A stretch of 64,000 bases of DNA from Callorhinchus milii. Taxonomy: Eukaryota. Position numbers and translations under genes: made by a program. Numbering within the stretch: position 1 is the first letter of the stretch; each line of letters begins with the position of its first letter. Shown here piece by piece: positions 22,939 to 36,300 of this stretch. Below the pieces are notes generated by a model. It saw only the letters and a list, made by a program, of their open reading frames with translations. It was not told where the DNA came from and made no database searches. Location: the NCBI RefSeq assembly GCF_018977255.1, contig NW_024704953.1, positions 1 to 64,000 of the forward strand, given 5' to 3'.

Positions 22939-24544
22939 GCATCCGCTGCTCAACGTTGGAGGGAAGTTAACGTTTCACGGTTTATTTTATGGGGGTAGGG
23001 GCGAGCGAATTTCCTGCGAGCCAATTCGATTTGGTGACCGGCTTGACACTGAAATGAAGACCAAATGTGTTCGTTTCCATGATATCGCAGAGGCAGGATT
23101 GGAGATAACCATATAGGATTTAAAAGTGAGTGTGAGGATCTTGAATTCGGTCTCAGGCGGTTGAATTCGCTCTGGAATGGGAGCAAGTAGAGTGGGATTA
23201 GTTCAGATCAAAAAATTGCGTAATCATGTGTGAAAATAACAGATCATACAGATTTTTGGATAGTCTGCAATTTGTGAATGGAAGGGGCAGGTTGTAGAGT
23301 GAGCAGACACTTGGTGTAATCCAGCCTGGACATGATCAACGCAAGGATTTAGATGTAGAGCGATGAAACCATGCAGCTTATCCTGAATGAATACATGATT
23401 ACTTTCTATCATTAAGTCTGAGATGACATCCTCTCTCTGTTACCTTTGCATTCTCTGATCTCGCAGAATGTTTTTGGTTCGATAATTTGCCGTCACCCAT
23501 TTTATGAATACTTGTGGGGAAATTTATATGCGCAATTGCCTATTGTATCATGTATTTCACAGTAACTGACAATATCCTGTTTTCTCCCACCTCAAGCATG
23601 AAAGGCCTACATTAAAGACAAGAAATATTATTATTATTGCGGTGAAGTCCTGCATGGAATTGCCACAAAAGCTCGGGAAAAAATACCTAAGATAATTATT
23701 CAATTCGTAAATTGAATTAAACAGGCAGTTTCAATTTCCTACCCAAAATAACCAAGACAAACGACAATGCTGTCCTTAGCAAAGTCTAGCCGGTTGATTA
23801 CCGCAGTGAGGTCCACTTAAAGGCGGCTGCTTATTTGAGAGAGCGACAATAAAATAGAAAAGGTGCAACAGAAACTGATTCTTGAGCAACCTAAACCTCG
23901 TGTTAATCATGCTATAGAGAAACCTTTCTACGTTTCAGCTGCAGCAGCAATAGTTTGTATGAGGGAAGCAATGTCAACTGTAACAGGAAGCACCAGTTAT
24001 TGCTGCCAAGGAAGTTAGTTACAGAGATGAACCTGACACGTTTTGTAAGTTGCAACTCATGTTATATTTGTGTTTAGTTCGCCATCTGCTGTTGGCTTGT
24101 GGCTGCAGCAAGCGTGCAATTGCAGACACTTGACAGCAAATTGTTTAATAATATAAGTTGTTATATATGTTTTCCAACTGATTAAAAAAAAAGTTAAAAA
24201 GAGCATGGGCAGATCTGCTCATATTTAACAATAATCCTCGCATTTGATCTAGTGACAAATCACAACTTCGTGACGCCTCTAAGCGCTTCAGATAAAGTAC
24301 AGCGATGGAATTATCTGCATATTGTGTGGGCGAAACGCAGCAGCCAATTGCACGCATCAGTATCCCGTTGGATTAAGAGACCAATATACTATTAATAGTA
24401 CTATCTTAAAGGAATTACTAAACCGGAACGGGATCCGCTAAGCGACTAACAACAGCGTTCCTATTTTTACGGCCAGGAATCAAACACAGGTACGCTCTCT
24501 CTTGCGAGGCGAGTGCTATAATTACTGAGCTACACGAATCTACA

Positions 24545-24922
24545 CCGTATTCTGCATGTTTATTGATCTTGCTGTTGATAGATGTGCGCAGGATATATTC
24601 TGGAGCTTTGTTGGGATAGTGAGGGTATCAGCACGACCGGGATCGCTGGAGCTTTTAGTTGTATAATTACACTGCAGATAAACATCCTCCACATCATTCA
24701 CTGTTACAGCAGATATGAAATGTGTCACTGTGTCTCCTGCACAATGTCCTGCAAACCAGACGCAAAATAGCTTTCAACACAGTAACAATGATAATGATGA
24801 TAACGCTTACAATTTATATGGAGACTGGTCATATCTTGGAGATGTCCATGAGCTGCATCTAATACGCATTACATAATTATCTGGGCAAAGCACAGCAGGC
24901 AAAGTGCCCAGAAGTAACCCAT
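24545..24922 (-). pseudogene. Truncated TCR V pseudogene (related to the 29.6 kb V)
   Basis: Exon from 24748 reads GHCAGDTVTH…VYLQCNYTT, then a frameshift to PHYPNKAPEYILRTSINSKINKHAEY, cut by a SINE at ~24540. The leader-like MGYFWALCLLCFAQ lacks a GT donor. Confidence 0.75.
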
Positions 24923-25802
24923 AAAACTCCTGGTTAACGTGTCCATATTACACAGATTATACATATGTTTAGGGATTATCACCAAAATAAAAGTAATCTG
25001 CCAATCAGCCTATATTCCAAATCGACTGGAAGTGAGTCCAAGAAAATGCGAAACTGAAACATTTTCCACTTGTTTTTCAATCAGTGATAGCTGGTCAAAT
25101 TATTCTTGCACCAGAGACACCCAGTAGTCAGAAACCGCAATACATTCTTTACGCTGCACCCAAAATAATAATATTAATAATACTGTTAATGTTTGAATTT
25201 GATACAGCGCGTTATCATGATATGGAGACGTGTACAAGCGCGTCGCAGTCTACATTGTACAGTGTAGTGACTGTATTTTGGGGGGGCATAATATGATAGT
25301 CTGTTGCACACAAATATTCATGCTTTAATTGACCAAGTTGTTGTTGTGATTATGTTTTGAAGGTTTAAAACTCCAGGCAAGCGATCACTCAATCGAGAAA
25401 CAACCGTATTCCTACTTTTGCTAGGTATAAGAAGGCATATATGTGGAGCAAAGAAATTTGCCCAACATGGCGACCCGCCCGTGAATCAAAACAAGTTCTT
25501 CTCAATTGCGAAGCGAATGCACTTATCAATATACTGCAGGACTTTCGGTATGTTTCACCTTAAGTTAAATCAATGATCATGCTTTAAGCGCCGGTTGCAT
25601 TACAGACAATCAATCAATATTGCCCTAGGTGTCTCCAAACTGCTTGACAGTATTTCTCCATACTTAAACAAGTGCTGTTTNNNNNNNNNNNNNNNNNNNN
25701 NNNNNTATTTTTGTTTGATGTAATGACTCCCCTTCGCGGTTTAGCAGCAAATCAACCAGTTGGAGTTTGTGTACGGAGCCGCCATAGCTCGGCAGCAGTG
25801 TG

Positions 25803-26578
25803 GGCCTCTTGGCGCAGTAATACACGGCACTGTCCCTGACCAGGACGGTGACAATACTCAGTTCGAAATCTTCAATCGTTTCATTGACTTTGGCGGAGAA
25901 TCGATCTGGGAAGTCAGGGCTCCTGTAATCAATCCTTCCAACAGAGTAAAGTACGCAGACAGGAGCGTTCCTGGAAGCTTGTCGATACCAAAAGAGACTG
26001 TACGCGTCACTTATTTTCTTTAAGGTGCAGGATAATTTCACATCTTTACCCTCTTCAACTGATATTTCAGCAATCGGTTGATTCCCAATGTCTTGCAGGC
26101 TGTTTCCTGTCATTTAAAACAACATATTGTTGAGCAGCAAGTTTGTCTAATATGGAGACTGCAGTGTATTGGTGAGAGCATTCGCCTCAGAAGCAAGAGT
26201 TATGTGTCTTTCATATCAGGAAAAGGGAAAGCTGAGGACATTTTCCCTACTCCATACGCCTTTGTTTAAGAAGCAGTAAATAGGAACACGTTTACCAGTC
26301 GTTTGGCGCCTCTCTTTTCCAGGGGTAATTAGCCCTTCAATAATGGATCAATAATGAAACAGATAATAATTTGGTCATTCAATCCATGATTATTTGAAGA
26401 AAACTGCTGAGCACAATCGGCTCCAATGAAGGATAAGGCACTATATCAAATGCAATGATTATTAATATTATAATGCGGCAAAAGGTATAACAAGATATTA
26501 GAAAAAGAAGGTATACAAAAGATACTAACGGCAAAGTAAGCTGAGAGTGATTGAGAGCACAGCACATGTCTCCCACAT
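25803..26578 (-). CDS. TCR alpha/delta V gene, apparently functional (divergent family)
   Basis: V exon 26106-25803 GNSLQDIGNQPIAEISVEEGKDVKLSC…WYRQ…DSAVYYCAKR. RSS CACACTG-23-ACACAAACT. Probable leader 26578-26530 MWETCAVLSITLSLLC+C/GTTAGT is less certain. Confidence 0.82.
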
Positions 26579-26644
26579 GAGCATCCTGATCCCGTGTCTG
26601 ACATTAACTCCCCAATGTGGATTGTGGGGCTTTTTGGCTCAGTA

Positions 26645-26885
26645 GCCACACAGTCACAGCCCCGCCCACACAGAGCCCCGCCCACACAGCCACTGCCACG
26701 CCCACAGAGCTACGTCACTCAGTCGCTGCCCCGCCCGCAATGAGCCCCGCCCACACAGCCACTGACACGCCCACAGAGCTACGTCACTCAGTCATTGCGC
26801 CGCCCACACATATCCCCGCCCACACTGCCACTGCCTCGCCCACAGTGCTACGTCACGCAGTCGCTGCCCCGCCCGCACTCAGCCT
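26645..26885. repeat. GC-rich tandem repeat, 69-bp period, about 3 copies
   Basis: CTACGTCAC recurs at 26710, 26779 and 26848; each unit carries CCCCGCCC/CACGCCC boxes. Confidence 0.85.
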
Positions 26886-28239
26886 CATCGACCAATCACT
26901 GCCGTTACTTTACAGCGCTCCGCCCACACAGCGCGCCGCCCCCTCCACTCCCCGCACACAAACACACACAGTGCCACACAATCAGGTCACTCAACCCACA
27001 ACATTGTGTGGGCCACTGTTTTGCACATTTGACTACCACGTTTGACCCGCACAATACAATCTAACGCCCCACACACCTCCCACCACTTCACCTCCTCCAA
27101 TCCACACCCGAACACTATCCCCCACCCACAGTGCCAAAAAATAAGGCATCTCAAACCACAATGTTTTGTGGGACACTGTTGTACACAATTGGCCTCAAAC
27201 AATATAGTGACTCCACTTTTCTGCGTCTTCTGTGAAGAGCTTTGACAAGTCTCAATGACGTAATTTGGCAGTGTATAAAATGCAACCTTTGATTTTATTA
27301 CCGTTAATGTTAAAATGTTGAATAAGACATGCCCCTACAATCGCTTTCATTATTCGTGTTTGAGAAATGCTTTTATCAAATGCAGACTTGTCATTTCATC
27401 GATTCGCCTCAAACCTCCTCTCAGGTTTTAACGTCGAGTACAGAGTTTGTCAACTTTGCCTCCAATTTGTATATAACAGTGTCCCACAAACAGCTATGAA
27501 GGAAAGATGATTTCTACTGATGGAAAGTCTGTCCAGACACCGGTAGAAACCTTGTTCTTTCTCGAGAAGTGCAATGGCATCAGCATAGTCCCTTCATGTA
27601 AGCCGCCTGGACATGGGTTTAAGATCTCCTCGGTAGGATAAGCTACTCCGACAATACAGAAATCCAGGACTGCTCTGGAGTGTCAGCCCAGAACATCAGA
27701 AAATAATCCAGAAAATGTTACAGAGTGAGCACTTCGGTCGCTTTTGAATGTTTCAGTTTCGTGATGAAATATCTAAGATGTTTTTCATTATGTAGTAATA
27801 AATTTGTTAAATAGCTTATTATTCACGTTCATTGTATTTGCCTGCACAAACAGTGAGGCGGTGAGATATATTTTTTTCACACTGTGAGTTGTTCTGATCT
27901 TGAATGCATTGCCTGAAAGGGTGACAGAAGCCGTTACTGCAACAACTTTCTTGAGAGAATTGCTACACCGCAGAGAAAACAATTTAAGAGCGGCTACTCT
28001 TTGGTAAAAGGTAATAATATAGAATATGTGAAACATAAATTGTTTCTTGATCAACCTAAGCCTTGGGTTAATACTTTAGTCAGTATTTGTAAATTTCGGT
28101 TGAAGCAGCAATAGTGTATCTGTATGAACTATGTCAACTGCAACAGGAAGCACCTGTTACTGCTGCAAAGGAAGTTCGTTACAGAAAAAACGTGAGAAGT
28201 TATATGAGTTGCAGCCCGTGTTTTCTATGTTTATTTAGT

Positions 28240-28253
28240 GCGCCATCTGCTGG
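28240..28253 (-). promoter_or_regulatory. Candidate CTCF-binding motif (perfect core)
   Basis: Minus strand CCAGCAGATGGCGC is a 14/14 match to CCASYAGRKGGCRS. A paralogous weaker copy lies at 24079-24092. Confidence 0.55.
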
Positions 28254-29640
28254 TGGCTTATAGTTGCATCAGGTTGAGAAATGGTAACGTTTCACCGCAT
28301 TATTGTTTGAGACCATCTTGCCTTTCCTTGGTGCTATCTTCTCCACCGGAATTTTATACATTAGTCTCATTTCCCAGCTCGTTCGTCATATTTTTTGTTC
28401 TTCTGTGGAACATGCGAGTATTCGATGTTATTCACATTCTCTTACTTTGACGTGTCTCTTTGCTAGCACTTGCTGCCCCACTTGCTCCACCACTTTAATT
28501 CAATTCCTTGCCTTTTTAGTTCATCGATTATATTGTTTGACTGAACACTTAGCTGAGTTAGAGCAATTTACACCAGAGTAACAATAGAACATTTTACATC
28601 ATATTAACAGCAGATTGGCATTTATGTTATTCCGTTCACGTCAAACGGACGTCTCAAGGCAAATGTGTTCACTGGACTTAAAAAGAAAATTAATGTTCAT
28701 TCTGCTTTGTCGTAAATACACTAAATTGTTTTCTTTCTTTAGTGACTCGCCAATACGCTCCTCTAGACTGAGACTGTTCCAACGTTATATTATATAATGG
28801 CTGATCTCTTCATTCATATTCCAGCATTTTCTCGGTATCACTTGACATTCTGAGCTAAAATAAATGTATCCAACACAGTCTGGAAAATATGAATGGAAAC
28901 AACATTGCCAGCTCCTTTGTGGAAGTTTTCAATATTTCCTTAAATTTTCGATTATTTTTCTCTCCCAATTTCTCTGCGACCTGGCTTTTTTCTGATGCAC
29001 CCTTGTTCTGCATTCCCGCACCCAACAGAAGAAGCAGATGTTTCTATAAATAGGGGAAATATTTGTTGTCTAAACAATTTAAATTGAACTTGTTTGTTTT
29101 GATGTTCTCTTACATAATAAAGCAGCGTGGAAATAAACGTGCATGCGATAGCGTTCCCCAGAGGTAAGACATTTTTACTTATTACTTGGATGATAACATG
29201 ACTACAGTTAATATCAATAATAGCAATAAAAGTTGCATTTGGTATAACGACATATCACATCTTCCAGATGCCACACAATGCTTCATAGAATATACCGTAA
29301 ATGAATTGATTGCATATTGTGAGTGCGAAGCGCGGAAGTAATTTGTACACATCGGTATACCATTGGATAATGTTACCAATTTATTATCAACACGAAATAA
29401 TTATTATCTCTGGAAAATCGATCCGCCAATCCATTAACAACCTGCTTCCTACATTCTGGTGGTAAACAGAGACGTGTGTGTGGTAAACACTGTGTGGAAT
29501 AAGAAAAGTTTCTCAATGGTTCTTTCTCCTGGCAGTTGAACCAACGTCTCTCACTTGTGAGGCGAGTTCTGTAAACACTGAGCTACATGACTCCACATGG
29601 CAGTTTTTGTAGGGCGGAACTGCTGATCTGTGCCTCTGTG

Positions 29641-30420
29641 GGGCTCAGTGCACAGTAATACTCCGCGGAGTCTGTAACTCTCACTTGGAATATATTTAAT
29701 GGGACGGTTCGCTCCGCTTTAGACACATTCGTTGAGAAACGTTCTTTTGCAAAGTCGGCCTCGTCTTTGATCCTGTTGTTAGTGTCTGTGCTAAGGATAT
29801 ATTCTGGAGCTATGATGGAATAGTGTCGGTACCAGAACAGATAGTCACTGATGCCGCCTGTAGCTGTATAATTACACTGCAGAGAAACATCCTCCCCTTC
29901 AGTCACTGTCACAATCGATTGGAGCTGTGTTACACTTTCTCCACCACATCGTCCTGGGAAACAGAAATACAACAACAACAATAATTATAATGTTGTTTGG
30001 TACAGCGCCTTATAGCCTCGTTGCTATGTCACCAAACACTTCACAGAAGATAACGTGACTGTGCATTTTGTCGGCGAGACGTGTGATCGCATTGCTAGCA
30101 GTCGTAGTACTTTTAAATAATTATTAGCCCCTAAATGAGATCCATCAATCCAGGAACTAAATGGCAGCTGTGTAAACGGATAATGTGCAGAGTAAGGCAA
30201 CTTGTCAAAGGTTTCAATCGAACAGAGTTGCTATCGCTTGCGAGGCCAATTCGCTCTCCAATGAGCTACAAGAATCTGCGAGTCATATTACATATTGGAT
30301 ATTTAATGCAGTAAAAATTAAGCGTTGGATAATACGGTCAGGAACCAGTCTGACAGAACCAGTTCATCGCTTACCTGACAAGGTAATGATCACTGCAGCC
30401 ACATAGATAAACATTGCCAT
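29641..30420 (-). CDS. TCR alpha/delta V gene, apparently functional
   Basis: Leader 30420-30375 MAMFIYVAAVIITLS+G/GTAAGC. V exon 29953-29641 GRCGGESVTQLQ…SLQCNY…WYRHY…DSAEYYCALSP. RSS CACAGAG-23-ACAAAAACT. Confidence 0.9.
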
Positions 30421-31947
30421 ATGTACTTAGTGGCAGGTGGCGATGATAGAGCGTTGATGGTGCAGTTGTAGTATGTTGACTGGGAGGCTGTGAAATGCCG
30501 TGAGGAGGGCTGAACAGGAAACAACATGCAGAAGTTAACATATACTGTAAGGGAACAGGTCTGTGGGATATGTACAAACTGTGTTTCTGTCATTGTGCGT
30601 CATCTTCTCTGCTCTGACATCTCGCTCCTCCATTGGTTCTCCTCCATCACTGACATGTCTTCGTTCAGCCGAATAGGTGTCTGATATCTACAGCAAGTTA
30701 CACCCTTATTTCAGTTCATCAAAAACAATTGCGTGAGTTGCATATCTGTTTGCCATCTGTGCATGTCAATGTGCCTGTGTAAATGAACTTGCTTTCTTCT
30801 TCGAAGGACACATCTTGATTAATTATCTTCGCAGATCTCCAGGAAAAGACCGTCACGAGTTTTGGACAAGTTTCCTTTTTCCAAACGCTTAACAGTAATC
30901 CATCCAAAACAATAATAAATAGGTCAGATTCATTCCAAGACTCTTTGTGGTACTATGCTGTGCGCAATTGACTGCAGCGTTTCGCCCACAAATATACGGT
31001 CAATTCACTTTACAGTATAATCTGTGAAGCGCTTTGAGACGTCTAGAAGACGTGAACGGCGCTATATCAAATGCAACAGGTATTTATTATTGTTATAAGT
31101 GACAAGACTACGGGTGGCAAATCTATGTGAGGCTAAATTCTGATTACGTACTTTCAATTTTTTTATTAATCAAAGGGATTGATACGCCATCTGTCTACTT
31201 ACAGGTTTACCATAATTTTCTCTTCATAAGCTGTGGAATATAAACATCTCTGTATCTATAATAATATTTGTTGCCTTCGATAGAGCGCCTAATCATGGAT
31301 TCGAGATATGTCGATGCGATTCACAGCATATAATAGCAGTAACCACTATGATTATCATTGCGATTTATATATGACCTGGTCACATCATCGAGGCGACTGA
31401 AATGGCCTCCCACGATATCATGCAATATGAATTGATTATGCATTAGTTTGGAGCAGTGTAGCTGACAACTTCCCACAGCTTCGTTCCGAAAACTCCCTTG
31501 GCAAATTCTTCCCTTGTGAAAGGCCCCAACGGAATGTAATATTTCTAAGTATATTATCACATTCAATTGACTCAAAAACTATCCCATAGATTTCTGTCAT
31601 GTTTTAAAATTATAAATTTTTAAGGGATTATTACCCTGGTAAAGCATACCCAAATCACAAAGAACCGGGTTCTTACTCATTGAAGAGTGGAGTGCATGTG
31701 GAGTAATGAAACTGGCCTCAGGTTTCTCCTCCTCTCGCCTGGAAATTGAACCCAGGTCCTCTCGCTCTACAGATGTAGGTCATTACAGTCCTTCAGACAT
31801 GCCAGGAACACCCCGCTATTAACAAGGAAATTGAGGGAAACTAAGGGGCAGTGAGTGCTGAGCAGTTACTGTGATGAACAAGAGGGGAAATGCCGGCAGA
31901 TCACTGGAGGTTTGTGTACGGCCTCTCCATGTGTTTGTCTCACTGTG

Positions 31948-32371
31948 TCTCCACTGCACACAAGTAGGTAGCGGCGTCTGTCACTTCTGTGCGTGTGATG
32001 CTCAGATTACTGCCCTTCTCTCTATAGTTCATTGTAGCTGTGATCCTCTCCTTCTGCTGCTCTCCTGTCTTTCCTGATACCAAGTGTTTGAGAGGCTGGT
32101 TCGGATACTGTCTGTACCATTGTAAGATGCGATTCTGTTCTGTTGTAGAACAGTTGATAATTATTTGTTCCTTCTCCACAACTGTCACAGTGAGTGGCGA
32201 TTGGGAGACTGTATCCTGACCACTCACTCCTGGTAAATAAAAAACATTGTTTTCGTGAAACTCACCCATTAATTTAAGTAGAACTACATACAATTTCTGT
32301 AAAGCACACTCACCCCAGAGGGTCACGGCTGCTTTCAGGAGCAGGAACACTAAAGTGTAATCGCACTTCAT
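31948..32371 (-). CDS. TCR V gene, TRAV-like (short loops, ends CAVET)
   Basis: Leader 32371-32314 MKCDYTLVFLLLKAAVTLW+G/GTGAGT, 84-nt intron, V exon 32229-31948 GVSGQDTVSQSP…IINCSTT…WYRQYP…DAATYLCAVET. RSS CACAGTG-23-ACACAAACC. Confidence 0.9.
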
Positions 32372-33369
32372 AACGAATCTTTCAGCGCTTTGATGAACAA
32401 ATGCAAGTTTCCTTTGAAAGCTTAATCAACTTTCCTCACTCCACACGCCTCTGTTTACAGAACACGAAGGAGGAATCCGATAGTCAATTGACGAATCGCT
32501 TTCAAGGTGCGATTTTCCCTCAAAAAAAAATTCGGACTCGACCCGCGACTGTTTGATTATCTCTGTTTTGTCCAATTGTTTCTCTAGTTTAGACCATACA
32601 ATACGCAGTCACTACACTTTACAGTTTATCATGCGAAGCGCTTCCACGTGCCTCAGAGATGATTTAAGGCGCCGAATAAAACATCAAGTATTTTTATGAT
32701 CGTCACAAGTAGGCAGGACGAGGTATTCAGTGGAAGACCCTGAGTGTGTGCAGACGGCTATACTATGTGTTGGCATCAAGTCCCCGGGGGCAGGTGTCAA
32801 GTTGACATTAAGTTGAAACGAGCCATTGCGAGGGGTCAAAGCGAAAGAGGAGGTATCACGTAATATCAGCAGTTTCTCAGACGTCTCTGCCCCAATTAGT
32901 TGAAAGTTTCCTTCCGGTCCATTTCCGCTCTATGCATCTGAGTTTCAGAAGTTTGGGCGCAAAACACAATCATTTATGGCTTAATTCATTGCTTCAAGTC
33001 ATTTTACTGGGCTTTTTATTTCGCTGAATTACGCTTCATATATTGATATTGATTTTTGTTACGCTGGTTTCTAACATACGTGGAAACCCCTTCACCATGT
33101 TTATGATTATCCAAGTCAAACTGAGAGATATATTAACGTACCATGCTTTTGATATCGCGACGGATCACGTCTACGAGACGCCTAAAAGCGCTACACAGGT
33201 TATTGTGTCAAGTGCAGTGACAGCGTGTTATATGGGGGATACGTAGCAACGAATGGCATACATCAATGTCACACAAAACTGTGGCCGTTAGAGCGATAAT
33301 ATTTTTTAAAAAATCGATTTTTTATGTTTTTTTATTATTCATTTCCTTGCGTCCAAAGTACACCTGGAA

Positions 33370-36300
33370 TTATTTTACATATAAACGAAAAGTTCTTGCA
33401 AAGACAATTTCAATCCATTTAAGTTCTGTAGCTTAGATGTTAGAGCACTCGCCTCGCAACCAACTGGATTTATCTTTGATTCCCAATCTGGCAAAACACA
33501 GTTAGTAGGAAAGCGGTTGGTTGTCGATTGGCGGATCGCTTTTTCTGGGGTATTGATACTTTTAAAAAATAATATTTTTTTCTCTCAATCCACGACAGTT
33601 TGATGTACTTCGATGAGTGCCGTTGGCTGCTGCGTTTCATCCACAACATATACAGTCACTCGATTTTGCAGCGTATCCTTGGAAGCGCTTTGAGACTTCT
33701 GGCAAATGTGGTCAGTCGCTGTATGAAATGCAAGGAATATTATTATTATTTCTCCGTGTTATTGACAGACTACACCACTGGAACTAAATCACTAAAAAGG
33801 AGAGAGAAGGTTTGATCTCAGCACAGATGTTCGTAGACAGTTGACCTATTTAACAAGTCCTGTTATGGTGGGGGAATTCGTGGAGCAAAGATATCTTAAG
33901 TAGAGTTTGATGAAGGCGCTGTTGAAGTGGAGGGTATTAATCTGAATATTCATATTAATGGTGTACAGTCCACAATGCACACTCTGGTAATTCTAACCAA
34001 GATTTTAGGTTTGATACTTCATCTACTGACATTCTCGTGAAATGCCAATAGATGTCGCTGTATAACAATACAAACATCTCATTTTTATGCAGCAGTTTTC
34101 GCATCAGTAGGAAACCTTATTAGTGCTGAGCACTGCACATAACGTGGAAAAAAAATGATAGGCAATTATCCTTACTTCACACGTCTCTTTGTTTATCTAA
34201 AAATAAGTAGGAGCCCACTTGTTACTCGATTCGTAGATAATTAAATCTATGTTTAATTGAAAAAGAAAACACATGCATTGACTTTTTTAAGCAAGAAAAT
34301 AAATAAATGAGTAAAATATTAATTCGATCGCTCAATCTGCGATTGTTTTTGGGATACTGCTGTGCACAATTGGATGATTTATTTTTCCAAGAAAATATAA
34401 TATCTATCAACTCTTCAGTATATTGTTTGAATCTCTTCGCGTCGTGACAAGGATCCATATACGATGCAAGGATTATAAGGCTGATAAGATGACAGTGGAC
34501 TCCAACATGATCAACCTACCGCCTCTCCCTCACACACATCCCCAAACTGCTTTGCTCTCCCAGTCCATCGTTCAAGTCAAAAAATAATCCCAAAAGTGAT
34601 TATCTTCTTATTCCAAAAGTCATTATTTTCTTATTCCAAAAGTGATCAGCTGCTCCTCATCAAACCGCTAAATCACCACAATGCTCAAGACCAATGATAT
34701 TTCTGAAAGGAATAAACAAAACTAACAATCTTTGCATTTTATACAGCGCCCCATCACGTCAACGAGACGCCACCAAACACTTCACAAATATACTGTAAAG
34801 CGTCGAGACTGTTTTTTAGGCGAAACCATTGGCACGTTTCGCCTAAAAGAGGCGGCGTCCCATATTTAGTGATGGATTACTAATTCAATTATTATTATTA
34901 TATGGCAGAGAATTTTTTCCGCTGGAAAGAGGTGAAACGTTCGAAAAACAAGCGGGTTGCACCTAACATTAAACAGAGGCGTGTGTGTGCAGCAAGGAAG
35001 CTTTACTAACGANNNNNNNNNNNNNNNNNNNNNNNNNNNNNNNNNNNNNNNNNNNNNNNNNNNNNNNNNNNNNNNNNNNNNNNNNNNNNNNNNNNNNNNN
35101 NNNNNNNNNNNNNNNNNNNNNNNNNNNNNNNNNNNNNNNNNNNNNNNNNNNNNNNNCGGAAATAGAGACAGACAGTCAGGAATTAATAGTATTGCTTGTA
35201 TAATAATACAGTGCATTTCCATATCGTTAAATCGTGAAAAACTTCTTCCCATGATACGCTGAAAAGTGACCTTCATGTTCGCTGCCTTCTCTTCCTCCTC
35301 CATTATACCTTTGTCACCCATTCTATTCCCATGAATTATAAAACCACCGCATGCCATACTCCTTTACTCCAATTTCTCCCTTCACCTTTCCATCCATCAT
35401 CACCCATATCTCACTAACTCTCTGCTGCCTTGACCGGCTTCCCCATCCTGCTGCTGGTCACTGTAACAGGACTCACTTCAAGTCAAAGGCGTGTGAGTAG
35501 TTTCTTTATGTATCTTTCCCAATTCCCAGTAAAGCCCTCTCTACACCAAACAGCCTTTGTCCCTCTCACAGTGTCAGATTATACTCCATCTCGTTGGCTT
35601 CCCCGTTAATTGTCTATTTAAACCTAAATGAGACTCGAATAGTTATTCCCAAATCGCCCTCTCTGCCCACTGCTCTCGGGCACAGTGAGTCAGTCCCTTT
35701 CCTCATGTATATTGTTACCCTCCACACCCCAAACCACCCCCCGCCCACCCCTCAAAGCCGCTGACACCAGCCATGATGTGACTTTGTTCATCACAAATAA
35801 ACCAAGTCTCTCTCCAACACTCTTACAGAACAGCCCTGTGTTACTCACAGTCACTCTGAGGTGTCCGAGGCTGACGGTATCTCCCAGCGGTGAGAGGATG
35901 TCTCTCCTCTGTGTCTCCATCTCCTTCCTCTTCTTACAATGTAAGTGGTTGTTTCCACAACACAGCACTACACTGCAGCAGTGAATGTGATCAATACTAT
36001 ATTTGCACAATATAAATAATCCGTGTAATTGATGTATAGCGTTAAGATGTGGATGGGACGTCTCAGTCGCTTCAAACATTGGTTTGTGTACTGAAATAAC
36101 TTTGTATTTTGTGGGCGAAACGCGGCAGTCAATTATTTTGCTTTAATTTCGTTATACATTACAATGATATGAACTAATTTATATTATAATTATATTACAT
36201 AATCATGATTAAATTATATTTGCTGATATCAAGGGAAAACAAGCCAATGCTTGCAATGGATTTGCAATAGAAGTGGTCAAATTTGAAGATCTGTTAAACT

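Noticed and set aside
26841-26880. RSS within the 69-bp repeat (perfect CACAGTG at 26841)
   Set aside because: No nonamer at 12 or 23 nt and no adjacent coding segment.
26617-27064. Pro/Ala/Thr-rich mucin-like ORF
   Set aside because: 69 bp is a multiple of 3, so a GC-rich tandem repeat stays open by chance. There are no splice or leader signals and it is antisense to the adjacent V.
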